A stretch of DNA of 64,000 nucleotides from Alphaproteobacteria bacterium (GCA_965214705.1 OZ243972.1:32001-96000), one strand, 5' to 3'. Numbered from the stretch's first letter, positions 31,083-42,743 are shown. The notes: generated by a model not told the origin, from the letters alone. Program-made: numbers and translations.

Positions 31083-32075
31083 CTACGACGGTTGGCTCAT
31101 CCCATCAATCACCACCTCTATCTCGGGGAAGCGGGCGGCGAAAGCGGCGGCTTGCGCGGGCGAGGAGACGGCGAGCGCGGTGGAGAGCGCGTCGGCCATG
31201 GTGGCGCGTGGCGCGATCACCGAGACCTGCCCCGCTGCCTGCGCGGGCCTGCCGGTCGCGGGGTCGAACAGGTGGTGGTGGCGCCCGCTCGCATCGAAGG
31301 GGCTCGCGATGCCGGCCGAGGTGGCGACGGCACGGTCGGTCAGCGTGACGGTGCGTGCGACCGTCTCGGGCTCGGCCGCGTGGCGGAGGCCGACATGCCA
31401 GGGGCGGCCGTCGGGATGACGGCCGAGCGCCCGGACTTCGCCGATGTCGAGAAGAACGTCGCCCATGCCGGCGTCCTGCAGCAGCGTCGCCACACGGTCG
31501 GTGGTGTAGCCCTGGGCGATGCCGTTGAGGGTGATCGCCATCCCCCGTCGGGCGAAGCGGACCTCGGCCGGCTCGATCTCGACGGCACGGTAGTCCACCA
31601 GCGCCTGCGCCCTGGCGTGCTCGGCATCGTCCGGCCCGCGCGGATCGGCGCCGGGGCGCGCGAAGTGCGCGGCGTAGAGGCGCCAGAGCGGCTGCACGGT
31701 GACGTCGAAGGCGCCCTCCGTCCGCTCCGAGTAGGTACGCGCCTCCGCCAGCAACGTCACCAGCTCCAGAGGCGGCGCCGCGAGCCAACCGTCCCGGTTG
31801 AGGCGCGTGATCGCGCTCTCGGGCCGGTAGAGGCTGAACACGTCCTCCAGCCGGTCGATCTCTGCGACGCAGCGCGCGATCAGGCGGCGCGCGCGAGAAG
31901 CATCGGGATCATGCAGGACGATCTCCGCCGCAGCGCCGAGCGCAATGCCGGACCAACGGTGCAAATGCGTTGTCTCGGCGCCGGCCCGGATCGCCGCGAA
32001 GGGCAGGCCGGCGGCCGCTGCCGCGATGGCGACGAAGCGCCGCCGGGTGGGCGCGGCAGCGGGCCAGCGCATCAT
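31083..32075 (-). CDS. nosX: FAD:protein FMN transferase (ApbE family)
   Basis: Tat motif [37 protein letters not shown]; end of the nos operon. Confidence 0.9.
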   Translation of the reverse strand: MMRWPAAAPTRRRFVAIAAAAAGLPFAAIRAGAETTHLHRWSGIALGAAAEIVLHDPDASRARRLIARCVAEIDRLEDVFSLYRPESAITRLNRDGWLAAPPLELVTLLAEARTYSERTEGAFDVTVQPLWRLYAAHFARPGADPRGPDDAEHARAQALVDYRAVEIEPAEVRFARRGMAITLNGIAQGYTTDRVATLLQDAGMGDVLLDIGEVRALGRHPDGRPWHVGLRHAAEPETVARTVTLTDRAVATSAGIASPFDASGRHHHLFDPATGRPAQAAGQVSVIAPRATMADALSTALAVSSPAQAAAFAARFPEIEVVIDGMSQPS

Positions 32076-32620
32076 TGGTGGTCTCCATGCGCCGACATCG
32101 CGGCGTCGTCCTCATCGGCGTAGGCGAAGATGTAGCTCTCCGGCACGTCGGTGAGTGCGACGATGCGCCCGCCATGCTCGGCGACGAAGCGTTCGGCGGC
32201 TTCGCGCGTCGCAAACGGCACCGCTTCCGGCACGCCCATGCCGCCCATGCGGTCGCTCCCGATCACGTACAAGGCACCGTTCGCATCGATCCAGGTGCCG
32301 GGCTCGGGCGCGTCCCACTGGGCCACGCCCATGTCGTTGACGTAGATCGCGATGTAGTTGCGCGGCTCCTCCGGCAGCATGGTGAAGGCGATGGCGTCGC
32401 GCACCGAGGAGAACCACACGGGCTCGGACTCGTCGGGCAGGTGAACCTGGGCCTTGGGGCCGCTGTGATCGACCAGGATCATGCCGCAGTAGTGGCCGGA
32501 GGCCTCGCGTGTGGGCTCCACCGGCGCCGGCTTGGCGACAACGTCGTCGTCCTCGCCGCAGCCGGCGGCGCCCGAGAGCGCGAGCAGGCCGATAGCCAGC
32601 AGGGCAAGCGCGCGTCTCAC
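32072..32620 (-). CDS. nosL: Copper chaperone lipoprotein NosL
   Basis: Lipobox-like AAGC, YCGM...HSGPKAQ, FSSVRD, GGMG. Confidence 0.92.
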   Translation of the reverse strand: MRRALALLAIGLLALSGAAGCGEDDDVVAKPAPVEPTREASGHYCGMILVDHSGPKAQVHLPDESEPVWFSSVRDAIAFTMLPEEPRNYIAIYVNDMGVAQWDAPEPGTWIDANGALYVIGSDRMGGMGVPEAVPFATREAAERFVAEHGGRIVALTDVPESYIFAYADEDDAAMSAHGDHQ

Positions 32621-33444
32621 AGCTCCTTCCTCCCGAACAGGAGGCCCGCGAGGCCGAGCGGCACCGCGATCCAGAGCACCATGACCGGGAACAGAAGCGC
32701 ATGACCGAAGGCCGCCTCGGCGCTCACCCCCGCCATGCCGGAGAGCGCACCCACGGTCTCGGAACCGGCAAGCGTCAGCATGCGGTAGACGTCGGTCGGG
32801 TTGAGCAGCAGCAGCACGCGGAAGAGATCGCCGGAGATTACCTGCCCTTCGTCCGCCACGAGCACGGCGAGCAGCGCCATGTCGAAGAGCACGACGAAGA
32901 CCAGCCACACCGCCGTGGAGACGCCGGCTGCCGTGCCGCGCTCGGCCACCACGGCGCTGATGAGCGTGCCGAGCGCGACGAAGGCGGCGCCAAGCAGAAT
33001 CGAGCTGCCCACCATCACCCCGAAGGCGCGCCAGGCCTCGGCATCGCCGCCGTCCCCGAGGCCCGTGGCCAGCGCGGCGACGCCGAAGCCCACGACTGTG
33101 GCGATGGCGAGGATCGCCACCTGGCCTGCGAACTTGCCGAGCACGATGCGCAAGCGGGTAACCGGATGGGTCATCAGCAGCGGCATGGTGCCGCGCTCGA
33201 TCTCGCCCACCAGCGTGTCGTAGCTCACCAGCAGCCCGATGAGCGGCACCAGGAAGACCGAGAGGCTGGAGAGGCTGACGACCGTGATCGCGAGACGCGA
33301 GGCGGCGACCGTCCCGCCCGGCGCGCTGCCCACGAAGGCCAGCGTCAGCGCCAGCACGCCGAGGAGCAGCGCGGCTGCGAGCATCCAGCGGTTGCGGATG
33401 CCGGCCAAAACCTCCCGCCCGGCGATGGTTGCGACCGCCGTCAC
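32617..33444 (-). CDS. nosY: ABC transporter permease NosY
   Basis: IRNRW, GEIERGT, LLNPTDVYR; multiple TM segments. Confidence 0.93.
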   Translation of the reverse strand: MTAVATIAGREVLAGIRNRWMLAAALLLGVLALTLAFVGSAPGGTVAASRLAITVVSLSSLSVFLVPLIGLLVSYDTLVGEIERGTMPLLMTHPVTRLRIVLGKFAGQVAILAIATVVGFGVAALATGLGDGGDAEAWRAFGVMVGSSILLGAAFVALGTLISAVVAERGTAAGVSTAVWLVFVVLFDMALLAVLVADEGQVISGDLFRVLLLLNPTDVYRMLTLAGSETVGALSGMAGVSAEAAFGHALLFPVMVLWIAVPLGLAGLLFGRKEL

Positions 33445-34379
33445 GGCGCGCGCTCCCTCTCGCCGCCGCCGCTGCCGCCGAAACGTGCGTAGACCGCATC
33501 AAGGCCGGGCGGGACGATTTCGATGTCCTCGACTTCGTCGCCCAAGCCAAGGATGCGCTCGATCAGGGCGCGTTTCTCGTCGGCGTCGCAGCGGAGCTCG
33601 ACCGCGTGATCGTTGATCCGCTCGGACGACCGGCCGCCGAGCGCGCTCGCGAGGCGCGCGCCGCCGCCGGGGCGCACGGCCACGCGGATCGTCACCGCGA
33701 GACCGGCCCGGCGCTTGAGCTCGTCCGCCGTGCCCAAGGCCGCGAGACGACCCTCGCGCATGATCGCGATACGGTCGGTCCCGGCTTCGACCTCGGTCAG
33801 CACGTGGGAGGAGAGGATGATCGCCGTGCCTCGTCCGGCCAGTTCATGCAGCGTCTCGTGGAAGGCTTGGCGCGATTCCGGGTCGAGCCCGCCGGTGGGC
33901 TCGTCCAGGATCAGGAGCCGGGGCGCCCCCAGGATCGCCTGCGCGAAGCCCAGGCGCTGACGCATGCCCTTGGAGTAGGTCTTGACCCGCCTGCCCGCCA
34001 CCCCGGCGAGGCCGACATGGGCGAGCGCCTCCTCGCAGCCAGCCCGGCCGACTCCCTTGAGCCGGCCGTAGAAGCGGATCGTCTCGCGTCCGGTCATCGA
34101 GCCGAGGAAGGCCACGTTCTCCGGCAGGAAGCCGATCTCGCGTTTTGTTGCGGTCCAGGCCGGGCCTCCGGGGGCGCAGCCCAGGGTCGTCACGCTGCCG
34201 CGGTTGGCCCGCGTGAGGCCCAGCGCCAGCTTGAGCAGCGTGGTCTTGCCGGCACCGTTGTGGCCGAGCAGCGCGAGCCGCTCCCCGGGCGCCAAGCTGA
34301 GCGTCACCCCATCGACCGCCGCGTGCCGGCCGTAGGACTTGGCGACCGCCTCCAGCGCAAGCGCCGGCCCCTCCATCAC
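33441..34379 (-). CDS. nosF: ABC transporter ATPase NosF
   Basis: GHNGAGKTT, YSKGMRQR, LDEPTGGLD. Confidence 0.93.
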   Translation of the reverse strand: MMEGPALALEAVAKSYGRHAAVDGVTLSLAPGERLALLGHNGAGKTTLLKLALGLTRANRGSVTTLGCAPGGPAWTATKREIGFLPENVAFLGSMTGRETIRFYGRLKGVGRAGCEEALAHVGLAGVAGRRVKTYSKGMRQRLGFAQAILGAPRLLILDEPTGGLDPESRQAFHETLHELAGRGTAIILSSHVLTEVEAGTDRIAIMREGRLAALGTADELKRRAGLAVTIRVAVRPGGGARLASALGGRSSERINDHAVELRCDADEKRALIERILGLGDEVEDIEIVPPGLDAVYARFGGSGGGERERAP

Positions 34380-35647
34380 CCGGTCTCCAACTCAGGCGGT
34401 CGCATCAGCGGGGCGGAATCGATCACGCCGCCCGGATAGATGGAGGGGAAGCGGTCATGAGCCCAGCGCAGGATGCGCACCGACGGGCTGGTCAGCAGCA
34501 GCTTAGCCAGCGGGTGGCGCCAGACCACCTGGTCGACGAGGTCGTTGGGCCGGTAGGGCACGTCGCCGATGCCGTCGCCATCGAGATCGAGCGCGGGATT
34601 GTCGCTCCAGTAGTTGCCGACGCCTTCGTCGGACCACTCGACGTGACGCGTGCCGACGTACTTCACCTGGGTCGCGTTGCCGACGAAGCCGTTGCCCGCG
34701 ATGCGATTGCCCTCGGAGCCTGCGGTGAAGTGGATGCCGATGGCGCAGCCCTCGAAGAGATTGCCGCTGAGCACGTTGCGGTTGGCATTGTAGAGAAAGA
34801 CGCACTTGTCGCGGCCGGCGCGCACGAGATTGCGCTCGATGCGCGACTTGTTGGTGAAGTTGAAGAGGAAGCCGTGGTCGCGGTCGCCTGTGGAGCGGTT
34901 GTCGAACACGCGGAGGCGATCCGAATACATCAGCGCGTAGCCCACGTGGTTGTCGTGGGAGACATTGCCGCTGACCTCGCTGTCGTGGGTGTACATGTAG
35001 TGGATGGCGAAGCGCAGTTCGCGAAACTCGTTGTTTCGGAACGCGTTCTTGCGGCTGGTCGTGACGAAGATGCCGTCGCGGCCGTAGCGCACGTCGTTGC
35101 CCTCCACCACCGAGCCCTTGGCCGCCCAGAGATGGATGCCGTTGCCGCGCTCGCTCATGCGCAGGTCGCGGTTGCCGATCACCTCGTTGTCCCGCACCAG
35201 CGCGTTGCGGGCGCCGTGCAGGTAAATCCCGAACAGGTTGTTCTCGAGCCGATTGCCCTCGATCAGCGCTCCCTTGGCCGGCTTGTCGAGGAAGATGCCG
35301 GCGTCGGTCTCGGCAAGGCTCGTGCCGGAGTTGCGGACGGTGAGCCCGCGCACCACCACATCGGGCGCGGCAACGCTGAGCACCCGCCCCTTGCCACCGC
35401 TGTCGAGGACCGCGCCGGGCGCACCCTCAAGCGTGAGCGTGCGGTCGATGACGATCGGACCAGGGTAACGGCCCGGTGCAAGCCGCAGCACCGCGCCGGG
35501 CTCGGCGGCATCCAGCGCGGCCTGCAGCGTCCCTTCGCCGGGCGAGACCTCGATGACGGCGGCGGGCGCGGCACGCACCTCCCCCGCGACGGCGGCAAAC
35601 AACGCCACCGCCGCGCCGAGAGCGAGCACCGCGCGCCGCACGCGCAT
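34376..35647 (-). CDS. nosD: Nitrous oxide reductase maturation protein NosD
   Basis: Beta-helix repeats, RGNGIHLW, HYMY, GYALM, GNYWSD. Confidence 0.94.
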   Translation of the reverse strand: MRVRRAVLALGAAVALFAAVAGEVRAAPAAVIEVSPGEGTLQAALDAAEPGAVLRLAPGRYPGPIVIDRTLTLEGAPGAVLDSGGKGRVLSVAAPDVVVRGLTVRNSGTSLAETDAGIFLDKPAKGALIEGNRLENNLFGIYLHGARNALVRDNEVIGNRDLRMSERGNGIHLWAAKGSVVEGNDVRYGRDGIFVTTSRKNAFRNNEFRELRFAIHYMYTHDSEVSGNVSHDNHVGYALMYSDRLRVFDNRSTGDRDHGFLFNFTNKSRIERNLVRAGRDKCVFLYNANRNVLSGNLFEGCAIGIHFTAGSEGNRIAGNGFVGNATQVKYVGTRHVEWSDEGVGNYWSDNPALDLDGDGIGDVPYRPNDLVDQVVWRHPLAKLLLTSPSVRILRWAHDRFPSIYPGGVIDSAPLMRPPELETG

Positions 35648-37578
35648 CAGGCGGTCTTGGGCTTCACGAACATGCGCCCGCGCATCTCCATGTGCAGCGC
35701 ATGACAGAACCACTGGCAATAGAACCAGTGTACGCCGGGCCGGTCGGCAGTAAACGTCACCGACGCAGTCGCCTGAGGCGCCACCTCCATGGCCACCCCG
35801 TAGTTGGAAAGCGACCAGCCGTGGCTGAGGTCGTCCACATCGTCCTGGTTGGTGATGTAGACGGTGACCTCGTCGCCCTCGTTCACCTCGAAGGTCTCGA
35901 GACTGAACGCGGGTGCGATCGAGTACATGTAGACCCGCACCTTGCTGCCGTCGCGGATCACGTCCTCGCCCCAGTCGAGATCGACACCATCCTTCGCCGC
36001 CTGCTGGCGCGCCTCTTCCCAGGTCGGGTCTTCACGGTCCCAGATCTGCTTCGGGTTCATCTTGCTGCGATGAACGATGATGCAGTCGTGAGGCTCCGAG
36101 AAAGTGGGGCCGTCATGGACCAGCTCCATCTTGTCGCCCGAGATGTCTATGAGCTGCTCGCATTCGGGCTTGAGCGGGCCCACGTTGATGAACCGGTCCT
36201 TCGAGAACTTGTTCAGCGATACCAGCCACTTGCCGTCTGCCTCCTTGGTCTCGCCCATGGAGGTGTGGTTGTGCCCCGGCTGGTAGTGAACGTCGATCTT
36301 CTCGACGATCGGGTCCACCTCCTCGCCATTGTACTGGCGAATCGCGGCATCCATGTTCCACTTGCAGACTTGGCTGTCGAGGAAGATCGTCGTGAAGCAG
36401 TTGCCGTGTCCGTCGAAGGCGGTGTGGAGTGGGCCGAGGCCAAGCTCGGGCTCGGCGACGATCACGTCGCGCGGCGCGATCTTGTCGTCGAACAGGTCGT
36501 CGAGGCGGCGCACGTCGATGACCGAGACGGTCGGCGACAGCTTGCCGTTGATGACGATGTGGTGGCCGTCGGGCGCCGTGTTGACGCCGTGGGGGCTGGT
36601 GGAAATCGGGATGTAGCGGGTGTAGGGCGAGCCCTTGCGGCCGTCCAGCACCTTGACGCCCTGGTGCATGGTGTAGTCGCCGTCCTTCACCCCCTGTTCG
36701 ATGCGGGCAATGTTGAAGACCACGGCCCAGTCCTGCTCGGCGGCGGTCATCTCCTCCAGGTTCATGCCCATTTCGGAATTGTAGCAGGTGGAGACCGCGT
36801 ACTTGCCCTGATAGTCGGCATCGACGTTGTCGAGGTTGCCGTCGACGATCACCTGCCAGGCGACCTCCATGGTGTCGCCGTCGAGCGCGGTGAAGATGGC
36901 GATGTACTGCGACGGATCATTGAGCACGGAGCCGTCGTTGGGCAGCGGAATCTCGTGCTCACCGTTGCAGAACACATAGCCCGTGCGCGGATATTTCTGG
37001 GGCCGCAGGCCGTGGATGTCGTTGGCGTTGGGGATCTCCACGATCTTGTCGACCTTCATCACGTCGCAGCGGATGCGGGCAACACGCGTGTTCGCCTTGT
37101 CATTGATCCAGACATAGCGCCCGTCGTAGGTGCCGTCGGTGAACGACATGTGCGGGTGGTGCGCATCGCCGTTGGTGTAGATGCCGCCGCGGGATTCCAG
37201 GAACTTCCGGGTCTCGGGTGTGAGCCCCTCGGTCATGATTCGGCGGCTCTCGTTGGTGAGTCCCCAGCCGGTGGCGCTGCAGCGGTTGAACACCGGAATG
37301 CGCAGGAGCTCGCGCATGGAGGGAACGCCGAAGACGCGCACCTCGCCGGACTGGCCGCTCGACCAGAAGCCGTAATACTCGTCGAGCTGGCCCGGCCCCA
37401 CGTAGGCGGAGCCTGCCTCGGTCGCGGCGTGCGCCTTGCGCGGCGGACCGGCGGGAGTGACCCCGGCGACGCCGGCAGCGACCACTCCGCCCACGGTGGC
37501 GATCTTGGCCGTGCTGCCGATCAGATCGCGGCGTGTGACGCCGGTCTTCTCCGGGGCATCGTGTTTTTTCTTCGACAT
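35647..37578 (-). CDS. nosZ: Tat-dependent (clade I) nitrous oxide reductase
   Basis: TRRDLI Tat signal, DAHHPH, IHGLR, PHG, GPLH, EPHD and CuA motif [12 protein letters not shown]. Confidence 0.98.
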   Translation of the reverse strand: MSKKKHDAPEKTGVTRRDLIGSTAKIATVGGVVAAGVAGVTPAGPPRKAHAATEAGSAYVGPGQLDEYYGFWSSGQSGEVRVFGVPSMRELLRIPVFNRCSATGWGLTNESRRIMTEGLTPETRKFLESRGGIYTNGDAHHPHMSFTDGTYDGRYVWINDKANTRVARIRCDVMKVDKIVEIPNANDIHGLRPQKYPRTGYVFCNGEHEIPLPNDGSVLNDPSQYIAIFTALDGDTMEVAWQVIVDGNLDNVDADYQGKYAVSTCYNSEMGMNLEEMTAAEQDWAVVFNIARIEQGVKDGDYTMHQGVKVLDGRKGSPYTRYIPISTSPHGVNTAPDGHHIVINGKLSPTVSVIDVRRLDDLFDDKIAPRDVIVAEPELGLGPLHTAFDGHGNCFTTIFLDSQVCKWNMDAAIRQYNGEEVDPIVEKIDVHYQPGHNHTSMGETKEADGKWLVSLNKFSKDRFINVGPLKPECEQLIDISGDKMELVHDGPTFSEPHDCIIVHRSKMNPKQIWDREDPTWEEARQQAAKDGVDLDWGEDVIRDGSKVRVYMYSIAPAFSLETFEVNEGDEVTVYITNQDDVDDLSHGWSLSNYGVAMEVAPQATASVTFTADRPGVHWFYCQWFCHALHMEMRGRMFVKPKTA

Positions 37579-37601
37579 GGCTTTCTCCTCCTTGCTTGGC
37601 A

Positions 37602-39854
37602 TCAGGGACTCGTTGCTGTGCCGGTTGGGCCTGCGGGAGCTGCAGGCGGGACGGTGATATTCGCGGAGGCGCGCGCGCGTCGACGCTCGCGCCGGAGGCG
37701 GCGCTGGATCATTGGCGGGCAGCGATGCTCGTCGTGATAGACCTGCTGGCAGTGCAGGCAGTAGAGGCACTCGTTCTGGTTGATGTGCCCGTCCGGATGG
37801 ATCGCCTGGACCATGCATTCCTGGGCGCAGCGATGGCAGGGCGCGCCGCATTCCTTGTGGCGGCGCAGCCACTCCATGATCCTGATCTTGCCGGGGATCG
37901 CGAGCGCCGCCCCCAGCGGGCAGAGGTAGCGGCAGAAGAAGCGCTCGACGAAGAGCCCGGTGCCGAGCAGCACGCCGGCCCAGGCCACGAACGGCCAGTC
38001 ATGGGCGAAGCGCAGGATCACGGTGGTCTTGAAGGGCTCGACCTCCGCCAGGCGTTCGGCGAAGGCGAGGTCGTAGAGCGAGACTCCGGCAAGGCCGATG
38101 AAGATCACGTACTTCACCGGCCAGAGGCGCTCGTGCAGGCCCCAGGGCAGCGTCACTTGGGGCACCCGCGCGAGCCGCGCTGCCTTGTTGAGCAGCTCCT
38201 GCAGCGCGCCAAAGGGGCAGAGCCAGCCGCAGAACACGCCCCGGCCCCAGAAGATCAGCGCCAGCGCGGTGCCGCACCAGAGCAGGAAGATCAGCGGGTC
38301 CATCAGGAAGTAGGACCAGCGGAACTCGGTAATCAGCGCGTTGCCGAATGTCATGATGTTGACCACCGAGAGCTGGGCCTGGGCGAAGCCGCCGAGCCAG
38401 GCGACGATGAAGAGCAGGAAGCCCACGCGCACGCCGGTCGCGAGCTTGGGCCGGCGTGCGAACCAGTCCTGGAAGAAGAAGATCAGGGTGAGCGCGATCA
38501 TGGCCGCGCCGAGCACCGCCACGTCGACGATTCGATCCTCCCAGATGCGCCGCCAGAGCTCCGGCGCGGCTTCCGGCTCGGTCAGGGTCTGGTCGGTGGC
38601 TGAAGGCGCAGGTCCGGGCAGCGGCCTCAGATAACGTGCGGGCAACGTGTAGGAGAGCTCGTAGAGCAAGAAATCCTTGTCGAGCGCACCGATCGCGCGC
38701 TGCACCAGGAGTTGGAGCGTCCAAGGTGCTACGGGGTCGAACTCGGCGTCAGCCGGCACCACGAAGAGGCCAATTTCGGAGAAGGGCTGCGCCAAGTCCG
38801 CCGCCACCTCACCCAGGTGCTTGTACTGGCGGTCGCGGAAGCGGATGCTGCCATCGCCCTGGACGAGCTGAACACGGTCGAAGATCCCGCCGCGCACGAA
38901 GCCCGAGCCCTTGAACGAATAGAGGCCGTTGGCGGCAATCAGCAGCGCGTGCTGGCCGGGCTCCAGCCGTGCGCGGAGGTTCTCGTATTCGGCGTCGCCA
39001 AGCAGGCTCCGGCCGATGACCGGCACGCTGACCTCCGCCGCGTAGAGGTCGATGAAGCGCGCCTCCGGGTCGTCACTCTCTGGCCGCTCGGCGGCTTTCT
39101 CCTTGCCCGCAGCGGCGAAGTCTGCGGTTACCTCGCCGACGCTGAGGTTGAGCCGACGCACCGAGCCGTCGCCGATCAGGGTCATCCAGTCGTCGACGCC
39201 CCCTTGCGCGGTGTCGACCTCGCCCCGGGGCGGCGCGCCGGACGCCCGTTCCCCGCCGAGCCCAGCGAGGCCCAGCGCGCGTGCCATTCGCAGCGAGGAG
39301 CGGCGGATGGCGTCGTCGATCACCAGGATGGTGACCGTGGCGCCGGCGATGATATCGAGCGAGCGGTCGCTGGCATCGCGTTCCTCCAGGAACTCGCGCA
39401 CGTTGCGCCCGACGTAGTCCGCGATGAAGCTCTTGATCCGGCGCTCGGGAATCCCGATCAGCACGATGGGCTCGTGGTGCTTGTGCAGCGCGGCACCGGT
39501 GATCGTGCCCTCGGTGTCGAGCCCGATCAGGAGGTGAATGGGCTTGCCGGAATAGCCCACTGCGCCCGCGACATCCGTGTTCAGGAAGACGTAGCCCTTG
39601 AGCGAGGACCCTTCGAGCGCCTGCGCACGGGGCGGCGCGCCTTCGACCGGGCCTAAGCGGTCGGCGCCCGGCACAAGGTCTGCGGGCGCAATCTTGGTGA
39701 GCGCGGTGCCGAGCTTGACGGCGGCGTGCGCTTCGCCAGCGAGGGCGACGAAGACGAGGAGCAGCAACAGCGATGCCCCGGTGCTGGCCCCGAGGTGGAC
39801 CGTGCGCGCCGCTATCCTGCAGCGCCTCGCGCCAGAAAACGAACCCGCTGTCAT
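37602..39854 (-). CDS. nosR: NosR flavin/Fe-S regulatory and electron-transfer protein (start approximate)
   Basis: [20 protein letters not shown] motif, [17 protein letters not shown]-terminal ferredoxin motifs. Confidence 0.94.
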   Translation of the reverse strand: MTAGSFSGARRCRIAARTVHLGASTGASLLLLLVFVALAGEAHAAVKLGTALTKIAPADLVPGADRLGPVEGAPPRAQALEGSSLKGYVFLNTDVAGAVGYSGKPIHLLIGLDTEGTITGAALHKHHEPIVLIGIPERRIKSFIADYVGRNVREFLEERDASDRSLDIIAGATVTILVIDDAIRRSSLRMARALGLAGLGGERASGAPPRGEVDTAQGGVDDWMTLIGDGSVRRLNLSVGEVTADFAAAGKEKAAERPESDDPEARFIDLYAAEVSVPVIGRSLLGDAEYENLRARLEPGQHALLIAANGLYSFKGSGFVRGGIFDRVQLVQGDGSIRFRDRQYKHLGEVAADLAQPFSEIGLFVVPADAEFDPVAPWTLQLLVQRAIGALDKDFLLYELSYTLPARYLRPLPGPAPSATDQTLTEPEAAPELWRRIWEDRIVDVAVLGAAMIALTLIFFFQDWFARRPKLATGVRVGFLLFIVAWLGGFAQAQLSVVNIMTFGNALITEFRWSYFLMDPLIFLLWCGTALALIFWGRGVFCGWLCPFGALQELLNKAARLARVPQVTLPWGLHERLWPVKYVIFIGLAGVSLYDLAFAERLAEVEPFKTTVILRFAHDWPFVAWAGVLLGTGLFVERFFCRYLCPLGAALAIPGKIRIMEWLRRHKECGAPCHRCAQECMVQAIHPDGHINQNECLYCLHCQQVYHDEHRCPPMIQRRLRRERRRARASANITVPPAAPAGPTGTATSP

Positions 39855-39948
39855 GGCATGCGCGTCGTGGCGAATGGGCGATCGGCTCCCGAGAAGTGCG
39901 GCGACGGGCTCCCTCAGAACCAGTCTGAAGCGCGCACACGCCAGCGCC

Positions 39949-39962
39949 TTGATCTGCGTCAA
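39949..39962. promoter_or_regulatory. FNR/DNR/NnrR-type binding box upstream of nosR
   Basis: TTGATCTGCGTCAA, one mismatch to TTGAT-N4-ATCAA, about 95 bp upstream of nosR. Confidence 0.85.
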
Positions 39963-40053
39963 CAGACGGGCACAGGGGCCGTCATTGCCCGCCTGTTTCG
40001 GCGTCGCTACGATGCCGCGCTTTGGCGCGAGAAGCCGGCGGGGAGGACGAATT

Positions 40054-40938
40054 ATGACTGATGACGGTGGCACCAAGGTGGCGTTTCTCGGGCTCGGCGT
40101 GATGGGGTTTCCCATGGCAGGGCACCTCGCTAAAGCGGGCCATGAGGTCACCGTCTACAACCGAACCGCAGCCAAGGCCAAACAATGGACCGAGACCCAC
40201 CAAGGCAGCGCCGCCCCGACCCCTGCCGCTGCCGCCCAAGGCGCGGAGATGGTCTTCGCCTGCGTCGGCGCCGATGACGACCTACGCGCAGTCGTCTACG
40301 GCGACGACGGTGCGCTCGCCGGCATGGCGGATGGCGCCATCTTCATCGATCACACGACTGATTCCGCCGTTGTCGCCCGCGAGGTCTATGCCGCAGCCAA
40401 GGAGCGGGGCGTGGGCTTCCTCGATGCCCCGGTCTCGGGCGGCCAGGCGGGCGCCGAGAACGGCGTGCTGACCGTGATGGTGGGCGGCGACGAGGCGGAG
40501 TTCGCGCGTGCCCAGCCAGTCATCGACGCGTTCGCACGCAACGTCACCCACATGGGGCCGGCAGGGAACGGCCAACTCACCAAGATGGTGAACCAGATCT
40601 GCATCGCGGGCGTGGTTCAGGGGCTCGCGGAAGCCATCAACTTCGCCCAGCGCGCCGGCCTCGACGGTGAGACCGTGCTTGAGGTCATCTCCAAGGGCGC
40701 AGCGCAGTCCTGGCAGATGGAGAACCGGGGCTCGACCATGCTGCGGGGCGAGTTCGAGTTCGGCTTTGCCGTCGACTGGATGCGGAAGGACCTGAGCCTC
40801 TGTTTCGAGGAGGGCAAGAAGAATGGCGCCCTCCTGCCGATGTCCATGCTGGTGGACCAGTTCTACGCCCACGTGCAGCAGCGCGGTGGCAACCGCTGGG
40901 ACACCTCCAGCCTGATCCACCTGCTCCAGAACATGTAG
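40054..40938 (+). CDS. NAD(P)-dependent beta-hydroxyacid dehydrogenase (3-hydroxyisobutyrate / tartronate semialdehyde reductase family)
   Basis: FLGLGVMG, DAPVSGG, KMVNQ, KDL; GGAGG RBS. Confidence 0.9.
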   Translation: MTDDGGTKVAFLGLGVMGFPMAGHLAKAGHEVTVYNRTAAKAKQWTETHQGSAAPTPAAAAQGAEMVFACVGADDDLRAVVYGDDGALAGMADGAIFIDHTTDSAVVAREVYAAAKERGVGFLDAPVSGGQAGAENGVLTVMVGGDEAEFARAQPVIDAFARNVTHMGPAGNGQLTKMVNQICIAGVVQGLAEAINFAQRAGLDGETVLEVISKGAAQSWQMENRGSTMLRGEFEFGFAVDWMRKDLSLCFEEGKKNGALLPMSMLVDQFYAHVQQRGGNRWDTSSLIHLLQNM

Positions 40939-40947
40939 GTGTCGCGC

Positions 40948-41335
40948 CTACGCCGCCTCGATATCGGTCAGGGCGAAGTCCTCGCCTTTGAACAGCAGGG
41001 GCTCACCGGTCACCTCGGCGAGGGCATAGGCGAAGCAGTCGCCGAAGTTGAGCGCCGCCGGATGATTGCCCTTGCCGAACCGCCGCCAAGCTTGGCGAGC
41101 GACATTGACATGTTCCTGTGTGACAGGCTCCAACTTGATCTTTGCTCTTTTCAGAAGAGCATCTAATGCGTCCCCAGCCCCTGGCGCCGCCCCTACCTTC
41201 TACAACCATCGCCGACTCTAGCAATGCGACTGCCGTCATGCGGCGGGGCCATGCGTCGGCGATCGCATCCTCGAAGCGTCCAGCATCCGGCTCCCGGAGC
41301 AGGATCGCGAGAATAGCCGAGCTGTCGATAATCAC
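40948..41335 (-). pseudogene. vapC: VapC toxin with a +1 frameshift
   Basis: [11 protein letters not shown] start and LNFGDCFAYA...LLFKGEDF end are in different frames; 388 bp = 129 codons + 1; shift at a G run near 41178-41181. Confidence 0.8.
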
Positions 41336-41589
41336 TTGGGTAGGCCCCGCTTGTCGTAGAGGTAGTCGCCATGCTCCACCGCCGAAGGTCCTGGCTTCAG
41401 ATTGCGAGCGCAACGCTCGGCGATGGCGCGAATATCCCGTTTTAGGGCAGCCGCGTCGCGTTGCCGTGTCTCGCGCTCCAGCCGCTCGCGGAGCGCGACG
41501 GTAATGGCGCCGGTCATGCTCTCGCCGGTGAGCTGCGCGAGCTCGCGGGCCAACCGGCAAGTCTCGTCGTTCTTGATGTTGAGGCTCAT
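41332..41589 (-). CDS. vapB: VapB antitoxin (PSK_trans_fac / Rv0623-like)
   Basis: MSLNIKN...[17 protein letters not shown]...LYDKRGLP; GTGA overlap with vapC. Confidence 0.88.
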   Translation of the reverse strand: MSLNIKNDETCRLARELAQLTGESMTGAITVALRERLERETRQRDAAALKRDIRAIAERCARNLKPGPSAVEHGDYLYDKRGLPK

Positions 41590-41599
41590 CGTCGCCACC

Positions 41600-41630
41600 A
41601 GGGTAGAAACTTCACCGCACTTTCTACCCT
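41600..41630. promoter_or_regulatory. Inverted repeat upstream of vapB, probable autoregulatory operator
   Basis: AGGGTAGAAA-N11-TTTCTACCCT, perfect 10-bp IR. Confidence 0.6.
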
Positions 41631-41669
41631 AGCGCAGCAGCCACGCCGCCGGCAATGCCGACGCGCCCT

Positions 41670-42743
41670 TCAGCGAGCGGAGCGGATGAGTTCGCCGGTC
41701 TCGCCGTGGAAGAGGTGGCAGCGGTCGGGATCGACCGCGAGGTTCACCCGCTCGCCAAGGGTGAACTGCGGCTGGCCCGGCGCCTGCACCTTGAGAATCT
41801 GCTCACCCACGCTGACATCGACGATGGTGAATGCGCCGAGCGGCTCGACCTCGTAGATGGCGGCCTCGACCCCGCCGTTGGCGCCGGCCACACCGATCCC
41901 CAAATCCTCCGGCCGCACGGCGAGGGCCGCCGGCCCTTCCCCCTCGGCACCCTCCAACGTGATCGAAAACGGCACGTCGCCCCCCTCAAACCGGCCACCG
42001 TTCGCGAGGGTGCCGTCGACGAAGTTCATCGGCGGCGCGCCGATCAGCTCCGCCACGTAGCGGCTGTTCGGCAGGTTGTAGATCTCGGCCGGCGTGCCCA
42101 CCTGGCGGATCTCGCCTTCCTCCATAACTGCGATGCGATCGGCGATCGACATCGCCTCCTCCTGGTCGTGGGTGACATACACGATGGTGTGGTGCAGCTC
42201 GCGTTGGAGGCGCTTGAGCTCGACGCGCATCTCCTCGCGGAGCCTGGCATCGAGCGCGGCGATCGGCTCGTCCATGAGGAAGGCTGCAGGGTCGCGCACG
42301 AGCGCCCGGCCGATGGCGACGCGCTGGCGCTCGCCCCCGCTCAGGTGTGCCGGCATCTTGTCGAGCAGCGGCGTGATGTGCAGGGTCTCCGCCACCTCGA
42401 CCACCCGCGCCTTGATCGCGGCCTTCTCCAGCTTCCGCTCCACCAGCGGGAAGGCGAGGTTCTGCCCCGCGGTCATATGTGGGAAGAGCGCGAGGTTCTG
42501 GAACACCATCGCCAGATTGCGCTCCTTCGGCCCCTGATCGACGACGGGCTCGTCGCCGATGATGATCTCGCCCTCGTCCGGTGCTACCAGCCCGAGCAGC
42601 AGGCGCAGGATCGTCGTCTTGCCCGAGCTCGGCGGGCCGAAGATGCAGAAGAACTTGTTGTCCTCGACAACGAGTTCGATGTCCTTCACGGCGACGGTCT
42701 TGCCGTAGGACTTGCTCGTGTTCCTCAGCTCGAGCTGTGCCAT
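41670..42743 (-). CDS. Carbohydrate-type ABC transporter ATP-binding protein (MalK/UgpC family)
   Basis: GPPSSGKTT, LSGGERQR, MDEP, YVTHDQ, TOBE C-terminus. Confidence 0.92.
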   Translation of the reverse strand: MAQLELRNTSKSYGKTVAVKDIELVVEDNKFFCIFGPPSSGKTTILRLLLGLVAPDEGEIIIGDEPVVDQGPKERNLAMVFQNLALFPHMTAGQNLAFPLVERKLEKAAIKARVVEVAETLHITPLLDKMPAHLSGGERQRVAIGRALVRDPAAFLMDEPIAALDARLREEMRVELKRLQRELHHTIVYVTHDQEEAMSIADRIAVMEEGEIRQVGTPAEIYNLPNSRYVAELIGAPPMNFVDGTLANGGRFEGGDVPFSITLEGAEGEGPAALAVRPEDLGIGVAGANGGVEAAIYEVEPLGAFTIVDVSVGEQILKVQAPGQPQFTLGERVNLAVDPDRCHLFHGETGELIRSAR

